Shown: piece after piece, positions 1 to 8,853 of the stretch | Numbering within the stretch: position 1 is the first letter of the stretch | Layout: each line of letters opens with the position of its first letter | NCBI GenBank assembly: GCA_035506715.1 | Contig: DATJOW010000144.1 | Coordinates: 4,560 to 68,559, forward strand | Direction: 5' to 3' | DNA length: 64,000 nt | DNA from: Candidatus Acidiferrum sp. | GTDB lineage: Bacteria; Verrucomicrobiota; Verrucomicrobiia; Limisphaerales; UBA11358 | Program-made: the position numbers and the translations under genes | Notes under the pieces: model-generated | Seen by the model: only the letters and a program-made list of their open reading frames with translations | Told to the model about the DNA's origin: nothing | The model's database searches: none

Positions 1-1200
1 AGCATCGGCAACGAGGTGGGCGAACAATACACCGGCATAAATGGCGCCGCCCTGGCGAAGCAACTCGGCGACATGGTCCGTGACGAGGATCCCACGCGCC
101 CGACCACCACCGCCATGAACTGGGCGCAACCGACGAACCCGCTGCCCGCAACCGTGAACGTCATCGGCCTGAATTACCAGGGCGCCGGAATCCGGGGCGC
201 GCCGGGAAAATATCCGGCTTTTCACGAAACGTTTCCGGACAAACTGATCCTGGGAAGCGAAACCGCCTCCGCCTTGAGCAGCCGCGGCGAGTACGTGTTT
301 CCCGTCACCCGCAGCAACAGTGCGGCGGTCGGACCTGACTCCGGCGAGGACCGGGCCCGAAGGCAGGTGAGCGCGTACGAATTATATGCCGCCGCCTTCG
401 GTTCCGCAGCGGACAAGGTGTTTGCCTCGCAGGAGCAGCATCCCTATGTCGGCGGCGAGTTTGTCTGGACGGGCTGGGATTATCTCGGCGAGCCGACCCC
501 TTTCGATTCGTCGCGCAGTTCCTACTCTGGCATCATCGACCTGGCCGGTTTCAAGAAGGATCGGTTCTATCTTTACCAGGCGCACTGGCGCCCGGATTTT
601 CCCATGGCGCACCTCCTGCCGCATTGGACCTGGCCGGAGCGGGTCGGACAGGTCACGCCCGTGCATGTGTTCACGTCCGGCGACGAAGGCGAACTGTTCC
701 TCAACGGGAAATCGCAGGGACGCAAGCAAAAAGGGCCGTTTGAATATCGCCTTCGCTGGGATGACGTGGTGTACGAACCCGGCACGCTGAAGGTGGTCAC
801 TTACAAGCATGGCAAGGAGTGGGCGACCGACACCGTGAAAACCGCCGGTGATCCCGCCCTACTCAAGCTAAGCCCGGACCGGGACCAGATTTTAGCCGAC
901 GGGCGGGACCTGTCATTTATCACGGTGACGGTGACCGACCCGGCGGGAACAGTCGCCCCGCGCGCAACGAACCGAATCCACTTCGAAATCGAAGGGCCCG
1001 GTGAAATTGTGGCGACGGACAATGGCGACCCGACGAGCTTTGAGCCGTTTCAATCCCACGACCGCAACGCGTTCAACGGGCGCTGCCTCGCCCTTGTGCG
1101 CGCGAAACCGCGTCAAGCAGGAATCATCAAACTCATTGCAAAAAGTGATGGTCTGCCGACCGGAGTTTTGTCCATTAAAACGATGTTGGCAGGTGATTGA
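1..1200 (+). CDS. Glycoside hydrolase family 2 (beta-galactosidase-like), C-terminal part; the 5' end lies outside the window
   Basis: Frame 1 is open from base 1 (SIGNEVGEQ...). It aligns by eye along its whole length with the C-terminal half of the complete GH2 ORF at 17308..19941. Shared motifs: SIGNEVGEQ, GSETAS..SSRGEY, GEFVWTG(W/F)DYLGEPTP, RWRPDFPMAHLLPHWTWP, ATDNGDPTSFE. Confidence 0.85.
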   Translation, partial: SIGNEVGEQYTGINGAALAKQLGDMVRDEDPTRPTTTAMNWAQPTNPLPATVNVIGLNYQGAGIRGAPGKYPAFHETFPDKLILGSETASALSSRGEYVFPVTRSNSAAVGPDSGEDRARRQVSAYELYAAAFGSAADKVFASQEQHPYVGGEFVWTGWDYLGEPTPFDSSRSSYSGIIDLAGFKKDRFYLYQAHWRPDFPMAHLLPHWTWPERVGQVTPVHVFTSGDEGELFLNGKSQGRKQKGPFEYRLRWDDVVYEPGTLKVVTYKHGKEWATDTVKTAGDPALLKLSPDRDQILADGRDLSFITVTVTDPAGTVAPRATNRIHFEIEGPGEIVATDNGDPTSFEPFQSHDRNAFNGRCLALVRAKPRQAGIIKLIAKSDGLPTGVLSIKTMLAGD

Positions 1201-1335
1201 CTTCGTGATTTGATCGTTGCTGCTAGGCCAGCGCGAGTCATGAAAACGGAAAGCGAAGGCAGTGTATCGGCTGTCTTTCTCACAGCCTTGCCCGCGGAAC
1301 GTGTCATCTCACCGCTTCGGAAAATCAAGCCCAGG

Positions 1336-4300
1336 ATGCTGAAGTGGCTCCTCTTCGCTCTATGCTGTCCGTTCGCCCTGACGGCGGTCCTTGGCCAGAC
1401 GACCTATACTTGGACTGGTGCCGCCGACGGAACCAACCTCGCCGTCGCCGGCAATTGGACCACTAATGGCACCACCCCCGCTGTAAGTCTCCCCAGCGGG
1501 CAGTTCCAGGACACCGCCCAATGGGACGGCGTGACCACCAGCAATCTATTGTTAAGCTACGGCTCCTTCTCCGTCTGGCCCGGCACCGGGTTCGGCACGC
1601 TGGGAGTGAATCTCGTCCTCACGGCGAAGCAAACCAATTCGGTACAGATTATCTCCTCAGTCGTACAATCGGGAAACGTCGGCATCAACAATATCACCGT
1701 CAACGGTCCCAGCGGGCAGTTCGTATTGGGAGGTGGCGTTCCCGGCAATGAGTTCGTCTTTATTAGCCGGCCGGCGGGGGCCACCCACGATTGGATCAAT
1801 AATTCAACGAACCCGGCCGTCATCTGTCCCAACGTAGGATTTCAAGCGGGCGGGGGCGCCTCCTATACGATCGTCTTTGATGGCAGCGGAGATTGGCGTA
1901 CCACCAACGATCTTAGAAACGCCGCCAACACCGGGACCTGGCTGGCCAAACTGGGTACTGGCACCTGGTATTGGAATGGCCCGAGCACTCCGGGCAATGC
2001 GCCGCAACCCAATAGCCCCCTCAATAGTCCGCTCACGTTCAACGGTGGAACAGTGGTTCTTCAGTGGGCCAACAATAATATCTGCTACCTCGCCATCCAA
2101 AACAACGGAACTCTCCTCAAATACGACGCGCCGGCCCAAACCCAGACGTTGAGCGGTGTCATTTCCGGCACTGCTCCGCTGCAGGTGAACAACGGCACGC
2201 TCATCTTGGGGGGCCTGAACACTTATACGGGTTCCACCATCCTTAGCGGTGGCGAGTTGATCGTCAACAGCGCCGAGAATCCCGGCATCTCCGGCCCGCT
2301 GGGTGTGACCAATACGATTTCATTCAACGGCGGCACGCTGGGGTTCAGCGTGAACAACGTGTGCGATTATTCCTTTCGCTTCAGTAGCGCGGCTGGGCAG
2401 GCGTATAGCATTGATACCGGGGGACAAAGCGTGACGTTCACAAATACGCTGGGTAGCAGCGGCGGCACGCTAACCAAGCTGGGAGCGGGCACGCTCATGT
2501 TGGCTGGCCCGAGCAGCTACAGCGGCGCGACCGCCGTCAGCGCCGGTAGGTTGGTGTTTCAAGGTTCGAAAGCCGGTTCCGGCGATATCACCGTGGCCGA
2601 CGGCGCGGCGCTCGGCGTTGTTGAAAGCAGCACGCAAGTCACGCCGGGCACGTTGACCTTGGGAACGGGCACCGGCTGCACCTTGGAATTCAACAACGTG
2701 ACTAACACGACCACCGCGCCGCTGGCGGCAGGCACCCTTTATTCGGTTGGCACGGTCACCATCAACCTCAACAGCGGCACATTGGTGATCGGGCAGTGTT
2801 ATCCGTTGCTGACTTGGACGAACGGTTCAGCGCCGGTGGTCAGTCTCGGGACGGTGAACGGCGGGGCGGGCAACCTCACCACTAACGGCAACACGATCCA
2901 GTTATGCGTCACCGCCATTACGCTCGTCTGGACCGGCGCGAACAGCGGCAATTGGAGCGATCCGAACAACTGGACCGCAACGTATTTTGATCCGGCACCG
3001 GTGCAGTTCGACGATACCGCCTCGGGAACGACGAGCGTCATCGTGGATGTCCCGGTTCACCCGGCGAGCGTTACCGTCAATAACAGCGCGAAGATTTATA
3101 GCATCGCCTCCAGCGGGGTAAACAGCATCGCCGGAAGCACCGGGTTGACCAAGAGCAGCAGTGGCACTCTCACGCTGTCCGGCGGCGCCAACACCTACAC
3201 CGGGATCACCGCCCTCGTCGGTGGCACGGTGAGCGTCAGCACCCTGACCAACGGCGGGTTGGCGAGCGATATCGGCGCCGCCAGCAGCGCCGCAGCCAAT
3301 CTGGTGCTCAACGGCGGCGCGCTGCAATACACCGGCGGCGGAGCGAACATTGACCGTTCCTTCACCGTCGGCACGGCCGGCGCTACGATTGACGCCTCGG
3401 GTTCGGGCGCGTTGAATCTTGCCACCCCCTCGCTCGGCTACAGCGGCAATGGTCCGCACACGCTCACGCTGGCAGGAGCCAATACAGACAACAACACGCT
3501 CGCGGCCTCGCTGGGCGACTATGGCGGCGCGAGTGCGCTGACCAAGAACGGCGCCGGCACCTGGGTTTTGACCGCGACAAATACATTCTCGGGTGTGACC
3601 GTGATTAACGACGGTGTGCTGCAGGTCGGCGCCGGCGGCGGGAGCGGCTCCTTGGGCAGCGGCAACATCATCGACAACGGCAGCCTCTTCTTTAATCGCA
3701 CCGGCAGCCTGACCGTCGTCGGCGTCATTAGCGGCACCGGCACGCTCACGGTCACCAACGGCACGGTCAAGTTGACCGGCAACAACACCTATTCGAGCGC
3801 AGCCAATCAGGCGGCGACCACCGTCATCGCCAACGGCGCCACGCTGCAACTCGGCAACGGCGGCGCTTCTGGTAAACTGGACGGTGCCAGCGGTATCGTT
3901 GACAACGGCACGCTCATCTTAAACAGCACGGCTGCTCAAACTTATGTCGGATTTAACGCCGTCATCAGCGGGACCGGAAATGTGATAGACGTCGGTTCCG
4001 GCTTGGTGAAGGCCATCGGCAACAACACCTATACCGGCTGGACGTACATTGGCGCCGGCGCCACATTCCAACCCTGCGATGGCAACCAGGGCCAGTTGTA
4101 CACTTCCGTGATTACCAACAACGGGACGCTGAAGCTGGTCCGTCAGGACTACGGCGTCTTCGGTATCACCAACAACGTTGTTGGCTCGGGCAGAGTGTGG
4201 AAAGACTCCAACAACCCGAACGACGGCAACGTGGCGTTCCTCGGCACCAACACTTATACCGGCGGCACATACATTGCCGGCGGGGCGATCGTCCTCGGCG

Positions 4301-5361
4301 ATGGCGGTACTCCGGGTGCCGGCTCCATCGTCGGCAGCGTGTTGTTCACCAACAGCTTGACTCCGTTCGATACCTTCAAGTCGCTCATATTCAACCGGCC
4401 TGACAACTTCACGTTCACCAACCTGATTGCGACGGCCCCGACCGTTCTCACTGGCGCGGGTGCATCCACTCCCGTCAACCAGGGCGCGGTGGTCCAATTC
4501 GGCTCCGGCGTTCTCACGCTGACCGCCAACAACACCTATGCGGGCGGGACCATCATCAGCAACGGTGTGCTGGTCGTTGGTAACGGCGGCACGACCGGCA
4601 CCATCGGCACCAACGCCGCCAATGTCCAGGGCACGCTCGTATTCAACCGCTCGGACAACGTGATGTTCCCGGGTGGCATCACCGGTGAAGGCTCCGTAGT
4701 GCAGGCCGGTTCTGGCACGCTGACGCTGACCAGCGCGAACACGCTCACGGGCGCTACGGTGGTCAGCAACGGCACGCTGGCAATCGGCTCGGCCGCGGTC
4801 GGCGGCGACCTGAACGCGTGCGGCGGCAAGCTGGTGGCGGGCGGTGCGGCCTCGGTCAGCCCGTTGAACGTGGCGGGCAATATGAACATTTCAGCGGGGA
4901 CCGTTGTGGCCAACCTGAACAAGTCGTTGTCGCCGTCGAACACCGTCTTCTCGGTGGCCGGCACCGTCGCCGCTTCGGCCGGAGGGGTGAAACTCGTCAA
5001 CCTGGGCCCGGCCTTGGCAGTGGGCGACAAGTTCACCCTATTCAGCCAGCCCGTGCAAAACGGCGCGGCCCTGACTGTCACCGGCGCGGGTCAGAACTGG
5101 GCCAACCACCTGGCCGAGGACGGCAGCGTCACCGTCCTGACTGCGCCCTGGCCGTGGGGAGTGCTGAACTTCACGAATCTCGGCAACCGCCTCCAATTCT
5201 CCTGGATCGGGAGCTTCAAACTCCAATCGCAAACCAACAGCCTCAACGTGGGCATTGGCACCAACTGGGTGGATTATCCGGGAGGCGATACCAACCCGAT
5301 CACCGTGCCGATGGATGCGACGAAAGGGACGGTCTTCTTCAGGCTCGTTCCCGCGACTTAG
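1336..5361 (+). CDS. Giant secreted PATR (autotransporter-associated beta-strand repeat) protein, no beta-barrel domain
   Basis: The ORF spans 1210..5361. ATG 1336 gives the signal peptide MLKWLLFALCCPFALTAVLGQ. The body consists of tandem ~30-aa repeats of the G.L.L.G.NTY(T/S)G.T...G.L type (e.g. GTLILGGLNTYTGSTILSGGELIV). It ends in a 66-aa domain ...PMDATKGTVFFRLVPAT. Confidence 0.85.
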   Translation: MLKWLLFALCCPFALTAVLGQTTYTWTGAADGTNLAVAGNWTTNGTTPAVSLPSGQFQDTAQWDGVTTSNLLLSYGSFSVWPGTGFGTLGVNLVLTAKQTNSVQIISSVVQSGNVGINNITVNGPSGQFVLGGGVPGNEFVFISRPAGATHDWINNSTNPAVICPNVGFQAGGGASYTIVFDGSGDWRTTNDLRNAANTGTWLAKLGTGTWYWNGPSTPGNAPQPNSPLNSPLTFNGGTVVLQWANNNICYLAIQNNGTLLKYDAPAQTQTLSGVISGTAPLQVNNGTLILGGLNTYTGSTILSGGELIVNSAENPGISGPLGVTNTISFNGGTLGFSVNNVCDYSFRFSSAAGQAYSIDTGGQSVTFTNTLGSSGGTLTKLGAGTLMLAGPSSYSGATAVSAGRLVFQGSKAGSGDITVADGAALGVVESSTQVTPGTLTLGTGTGCTLEFNNVTNTTTAPLAAGTLYSVGTVTINLNSGTLVIGQCYPLLTWTNGSAPVVSLGTVNGGAGNLTTNGNTIQLCVTAITLVWTGANSGNWSDPNNWTATYFDPAPVQFDDTASGTTSVIVDVPVHPASVTVNNSAKIYSIASSGVNSIAGSTGLTKSSSGTLTLSGGANTYTGITALVGGTVSVSTLTNGGLASDIGAASSAAANLVLNGGALQYTGGGANIDRSFTVGTAGATIDASGSGALNLATPSLGYSGNGPHTLTLAGANTDNNTLAASLGDYGGASALTKNGAGTWVLTATNTFSGVTVINDGVLQVGAGGGSGSLGSGNIIDNGSLFFNRTGSLTVVGVISGTGTLTVTNGTVKLTGNNTYSSAANQAATTVIANGATLQLGNGGASGKLDGASGIVDNGTLILNSTAAQTYVGFNAVISGTGNVIDVGSGLVKAIGNNTYTGWTYIGAGATFQPCDGNQGQLYTSVITNNGTLKLVRQDYGVFGITNNVVGSGRVWKDSNNPNDGNVAFLGTNTYTGGTYIAGGAIVLGDGGTPGAGSIVGSVLFTNSLTPFDTFKSLIFNRPDNFTFTNLIATAPTVLTGAGASTPVNQGAVVQFGSGVLTLTANNTYAGGTIISNGVLVVGNGGTTGTIGTNAANVQGTLVFNRSDNVMFPGGITGEGSVVQAGSGTLTLTSANTLTGATVVSNGTLAIGSAAVGGDLNACGGKLVAGGAASVSPLNVAGNMNISAGTVVANLNKSLSPSNTVFSVAGTVAASAGGVKLVNLGPALAVGDKFTLFSQPVQNGAALTVTGAGQNWANHLAEDGSVTVLTAPWPWGVLNFTNLGNRLQFSWIGSFKLQSQTNSLNVGIGTNWVDYPGGDTNPITVPMDATKGTVFFRLVPAT

Positions 5362-5609
5362 CCACAGCAGTTCCGGCCCGGGAGAACCTATTGCCGTATC
5401 TCAAGCGGTCTGGCGCCCTTGATTCGTAGAATTGTCCATGGGAAAAGTCATTTCGTCCGTTGCCCGAAACGACGATTGCGCTAACTTGTACAACTGCAAG
5501 TGATGTAACCAACTACGGCAACGCTGCGGGGCTTGGTATGATATTTCCGCTGATGGGCCGTTTTGATCCGGAAAAGGGTTACTAATTGACAATGCAGGGC
5601 TAGACCCGG

Positions 5610-5622
5610 TGAAACGTTTAAA
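5610..5622. promoter_or_regulatory. Candidate LacI-family-type operator (near-palindrome TGAAACGTTTAAA) upstream of xylA
   Basis: The sequence matches the perfect palindrome TGAAACGTTTCA at 11 of 12 positions. It has a central CG and ends 22 nt upstream of the xylA ATG. Confidence 0.3.
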
Positions 5623-5644
5623 GTAAAGAAGCGCTGATTGTATC

Positions 5645-6958
5645 ATGGAAACTGTTTTTAAGAACATTGCCAAAATCAAATACGAAGGGCCGAAATCAAA
5701 AAATCCGCTGGCCTTCAAACATTACAGCCCGGCCGAAGTCGTCGAGGGCAAAACCATGCAGGAGCACCTCCGCTTCTCCGTGGTTTACTGGCATACGTTT
5801 CGCGGCACCGGCTCCGACCCCTTCGGCGTCGGCACCGCTGTCCGGCCTTGGGACGACGGCTCGGAATCGGTCGCCAACGCGCAAAAGCGCGCCCGCGTCG
5901 CCTTCGAATTCATCGAAAAGCTCGGCGCTCCGTTCTACGCCTTTCACGACCGCGACATTGCGCCTGAAGGTAAAAACCTGGCGGAGACCAACAAAAATCT
6001 GGATGCCGTCGTCAAGGTCCTCAAGGAGGAACAGAAGCGCACCGGCATCAGATTGCTCTGGGGCACCGCCAACCTGTTTTCCAACCCGCGCTTTGTCCAT
6101 GGAGCGGCCACCAGCTGCAATGCCGACGTCTTCGCCTACGCCGCCGCCCAAGTCAAGAAGGCGCTGGAAATCACCCGGGAATTGGGGGGCGCCGGCTACG
6201 TTTTCTGGGGCGGACGCGAGGGTTATTCCACCCTGTGGAACACCAACATGAAACGCGAGCTGGACCATCTCGCGAAATTCCTGCACCTGGCGGTGGACTA
6301 CAAAAAGAAAATCGGCTTCAAAGGCCAGTTCTACATCGAGCCCAAACCGCAGGAGCCGACCCGGCATCAATACGATTCCGACGCGGCCGCGTGCCTGAAC
6401 TTCCTGCGCGAATACGATCTGATGGACGATTTGAAACTGAACCTCGAGACCAATCACGCCACCCTCGCCGGCCATACCATGCAGCATGAGCTCGAGGTGG
6501 CCGGCGCCGCCGGCGCGCTGGGGTCGATCGACGCCAACACCGGCGATGAACTGGTGGGTTGGGACACCGACCAGTTCCCCACCAGCGTCTATCTCACCAC
6601 CCAGGTCATGCTTACCCTCCTCAAATATGGCGGGTTCACCACCGGCGGCTTGAATTTCGACGCCAAGGTCCGCCGCGAGAGTTTCGAGCCCATCGACCTG
6701 TTCCACGCGCACATCGGCGGCATGGACGCGTTTGCCCGCGGCCTGAAGATTGCCGCCGCCATTCGCAAGGACGGCCGGTTGGCCGAATTTGTGGAACAGC
6801 GCTACGCTTCCTGGGATTCCGGCATCGGCGCGAAAATCGAATCGGGCAAAATGGATTTCGCCGGATTGGAAAGTTACATGCTCAAGCGGGGCGAGGCGGC
6901 TCCGAATGTCAGCGGCCGCCAGGAATTCCTGGAGAATTTGATCAACGAATTCATCTGA
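5645..6958 (+). CDS. xylA: Xylose isomerase
   Basis: 437 aa with class-II XylA hallmarks: [65 protein letters not shown]. Confidence 0.95.
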   Translation: METVFKNIAKIKYEGPKSKNPLAFKHYSPAEVVEGKTMQEHLRFSVVYWHTFRGTGSDPFGVGTAVRPWDDGSESVANAQKRARVAFEFIEKLGAPFYAFHDRDIAPEGKNLAETNKNLDAVVKVLKEEQKRTGIRLLWGTANLFSNPRFVHGAATSCNADVFAYAAAQVKKALEITRELGGAGYVFWGGREGYSTLWNTNMKRELDHLAKFLHLAVDYKKKIGFKGQFYIEPKPQEPTRHQYDSDAAACLNFLREYDLMDDLKLNLETNHATLAGHTMQHELEVAGAAGALGSIDANTGDELVGWDTDQFPTSVYLTTQVMLTLLKYGGFTTGGLNFDAKVRRESFEPIDLFHAHIGGMDAFARGLKIAAAIRKDGRLAEFVEQRYASWDSGIGAKIESGKMDFAGLESYMLKRGEAAPNVSGRQEFLENLINEFI

Positions 6959-7039
6959 CCTGAATCATTTCAATTCCTCTCATCCATCGTCGATGCAGGA
7001 AAGGGCCGGGGAGAGGCAGCGCGTTTCCTTAAGCGGTGG

Positions 7040-7082
7040 GGACGCCGCGCTGCGGCGTCCGGACAGCGCAACGCGCTGTTCC
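7040..7082. terminator. Two adjacent GC-rich hairpins between convergent xylA and uxuA (candidate bidirectional terminator)
   Basis: GGACGCCGC-gct-GCGGCGTCC (7040-7060) has a perfect 9-bp stem. It is followed by GGACAGCGC-aa-cGCGCTGTtCC (7061-7082). There is no clear U-tract. Confidence 0.45.
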
Positions 7083-7099
7083 TGCCAACCAAGCCGGCG

Positions 7100-8170
7100 T
7101 TATTCGTTGGCCACAATCTTCAACCCCGCCCGCAAATAGCCCAAGGCGTACGCCATTCCTGCGTGCCAGGGCGCCGCGCAACTCATCTGCGGCGCGTGGT
7201 CGGGAATAATTACTCCATCGAATTTATTCTGCTTCAAAATCCGTAATACCCGCAACACGTCCACGTCGCCTTCGTCAATGAAGGTTTCCTTGTAAGTCGG
7301 CACTTTGCCGCGGACGTTGCGCAAATGCACGTAAGCGAGCTTCTGCTGCCGGCTGTACGTGTCCACCACGTCGTAGATGTTCCCCTCCGTCATCTCGGCC
7401 AGGGTGCCCACGCAGAATTCCAGCGCGTTCCGCGGGCTCGGTTTCAGGTCAATCAGCTTCTGGTAAAGGTGCGGCTGATACACCAAGCGCGGCTGGGCGC
7501 GAACCGTCGGCAGCGGCGGGTCATCCGGATGCGCCGCCAGCGTCACCCCGGCTTCCTCGGCCACCGGAACCACCGCGTCCAGAAACACCTTGAACCGTTG
7601 CCAGAGTTGCTCGGGCGTGGCCGGGGGCACGACGCCCGGCGCCGCGTTCCGGTCATAGACCATGTTCCAGACCATGCCGTTGGGCAGCGGTTTGTCCAGC
7701 GGGCCATCCATGCCCACCGCCTCGGCCTCGCCGCGGGCGAACCGGCCTTTGACGCGGCCGGCGACGCCGGCGATGGAAAAATTGTAGCCGAAAATCGGGA
7801 TGCCTGCCCGGCCCACGCTGCGAATGATGGTTTTGAGATTCTCCAGTTGCGCGAGTTTCTTCGGCCCGTCCAGCAAGACGTCGTGCCAATGCGCCGGGTC
7901 GAAATTCTCGATGGCTTCCAATTCCAGTCCGGCGGCGTTGATTTCCTTTTTGATGGCAGCCAGTTCCTCGTAAGTCCAGAGTTTGTTTGGATTGCCGGCC
8001 AGTCCCCAGCCGGTGTCATCGCCGACCGGTTGGTCCCCCGGTTGATTGCCTCGCGAAGACCGGAAGTAATCCACGAGGTGGATGACGAGGTGCGTGCAGC
8101 CGCATTGTTTGGCAAAGCGGTAATGCTCCGCGTCGAGCTGATGCCGGTAAAGTCCCAGACCGAGTTTCAC
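7100..8170 (-). CDS. uxuA: Mannonate dehydratase family protein
   Basis: FLDAVVPVAEEAGVTLAAHPDDPP and IIPDHAPQM resemble E. coli UxuA as I recall it ([24 protein letters not shown] ... PDHG). The ORF opens at TTG 8254. The in-frame GTG at 8170 gives MKLGLGLYRH..., which I prefer, but the start is uncertain. Confidence 0.8.
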   Translation of the reverse strand: MKLGLGLYRHQLDAEHYRFAKQCGCTHLVIHLVDYFRSSRGNQPGDQPVGDDTGWGLAGNPNKLWTYEELAAIKKEINAAGLELEAIENFDPAHWHDVLLDGPKKLAQLENLKTIIRSVGRAGIPIFGYNFSIAGVAGRVKGRFARGEAEAVGMDGPLDKPLPNGMVWNMVYDRNAAPGVVPPATPEQLWQRFKVFLDAVVPVAEEAGVTLAAHPDDPPLPTVRAQPRLVYQPHLYQKLIDLKPSPRNALEFCVGTLAEMTEGNIYDVVDTYSRQQKLAYVHLRNVRGKVPTYKETFIDEGDVDVLRVLRILKQNKFDGVIIPDHAPQMSCAAPWHAGMAYALGYLRAGLKIVANE

Positions 8171-8330
8171 GGGCGAATCATAGGTTGATCCGTTGCGTTT
8201 GGCTATCCAAGGAATGTATTGCTTTGCTGGATGTCCGCGCCTATAAGCAAGCAACGTCTGGCCGCGTGCCGATTACCAAATCAGCGACTGATTAGCATTT
8301 GAATGTCATTGCCACCGTCCCAATAACGCT

Positions 8331-8753
8331 TTGTTTGTGAATTGGAAATTCAAGAAAGCCACGCATGAAGGTTTGCCGCTTATGCTGCGATATCCAGAGG
8401 CTCTCGATAGCGCAAAATTGAAGAAAAACTATCCGGATCTGGTTGTTTTAAAACATTGTCTCACCAAGGTATTATCGAATGGGCTACCTGAAGCTGACTA
8501 CAACGATGGCCTTTTTCAATTCGACCAAGCAATATGCGCGGCATTCGAAGTTTCAAGCGTTGGTATTCCGGTGTTAATTGAAACCTTCGGAGGTAAAAGG
8601 AATTATTACATCTATACCAATTCAGAGGCCGACGTAACTGAACGTATCGCAGTGCTGCAAAAGAATTTCCCCCAAGAAATTCTAAAATGGACGCTACATC
8701 CTGATCCTGAATGGCACTTTATCGCAAAGTACTCCAGCGAGTTCCTAAAATGA
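8331..8753 (+). CDS. Hypothetical protein, possibly DUF695-like
   Basis: 140-codon ORF in a visibly AT-richer stretch. The pattern ...YPDLVVLKH......GLPEADYNDGLFQFDQAI....VGIPVLIETFGGKRNYYIY resembles my recollection of the DUF695 profile. The start is a TTG and is uncertain. Confidence 0.5.
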   Translation: MFVNWKFKKATHEGLPLMLRYPEALDSAKLKKNYPDLVVLKHCLTKVLSNGLPEADYNDGLFQFDQAICAAFEVSSVGIPVLIETFGGKRNYYIYTNSEADVTERIAVLQKNFPQEILKWTLHPDPEWHFIAKYSSEFLK

Positions 8754-8853
8754 TATGGTCCCTGTCTGGAATGATATCGTCCTCCAAACTTGCGACACAG
8801 CCGACTTCCGCCGGCCGATTGCGTTTGGCGATGACGCCCGCTATGATTGGCGC

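Noticed and set aside
1-1200. The two GH2 genes (1..1200 and 17308..19941, opposite strands), considered as a recent inverted duplication able to drive inversion of the intervening 16 kb.
   Set aside because: The proteins are clearly paralogous but only moderately similar overall. Nucleotide identity is high only in short conserved blocks (e.g. around ...CCATGGCGCACCTCCTGCCGCA...). There is no long identical tract to support recent duplication or frequent recombination.
1210-1335. Upstream extensions of several track ORFs: 1210 for PATR protein 1, 8755 for the esterase, 14814 for GH5, 28687 for GH51, 40898 and 44410 for the fused sigmas, 47426 for purD, 60005 for the TEENWRG protein, 28610 for the kinase, and 25317 for the regulator.
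   Set aside because: In each case an internal ATG gives a canonical signal peptide or the canonical family N-terminus. The extension overlaps the upstream gene or intergenic repeats, so I used the internal starts.
5696-6712. Long antisense or out-of-frame ORFs embedded in well-supported genes. Examples: 5696..6712(-) and 5667..6251(+) in xylA; 7325..8188(+) in uxuA; 11803..13299(-) in GH5; 13783..14931(-) in the epimerase; 14979..16175(-) and 15952..17169(-) in GH5/GH27; 17830..19845(+) in GH2; 25254..26534(+) in the kinase; 29161..30336(-) in GH51; 31410..32738(-) in PL4; 35853..37208(+) in rho; 37572..39911(+) in the fusion gene; 49623..50735(+) and 50793..51830(+) in the PL11 gene; 52217..53221(+) in cydA; 53841..54590(-) in cydB; 60311..61456(-).
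   Set aside because: Their translations are Arg/Ala/Gly/Pro-rich low-complexity strings with no recognisable motifs. Each fully overlaps a gene with strong family signatures. Long open antisense frames are expected in high-GC DNA.
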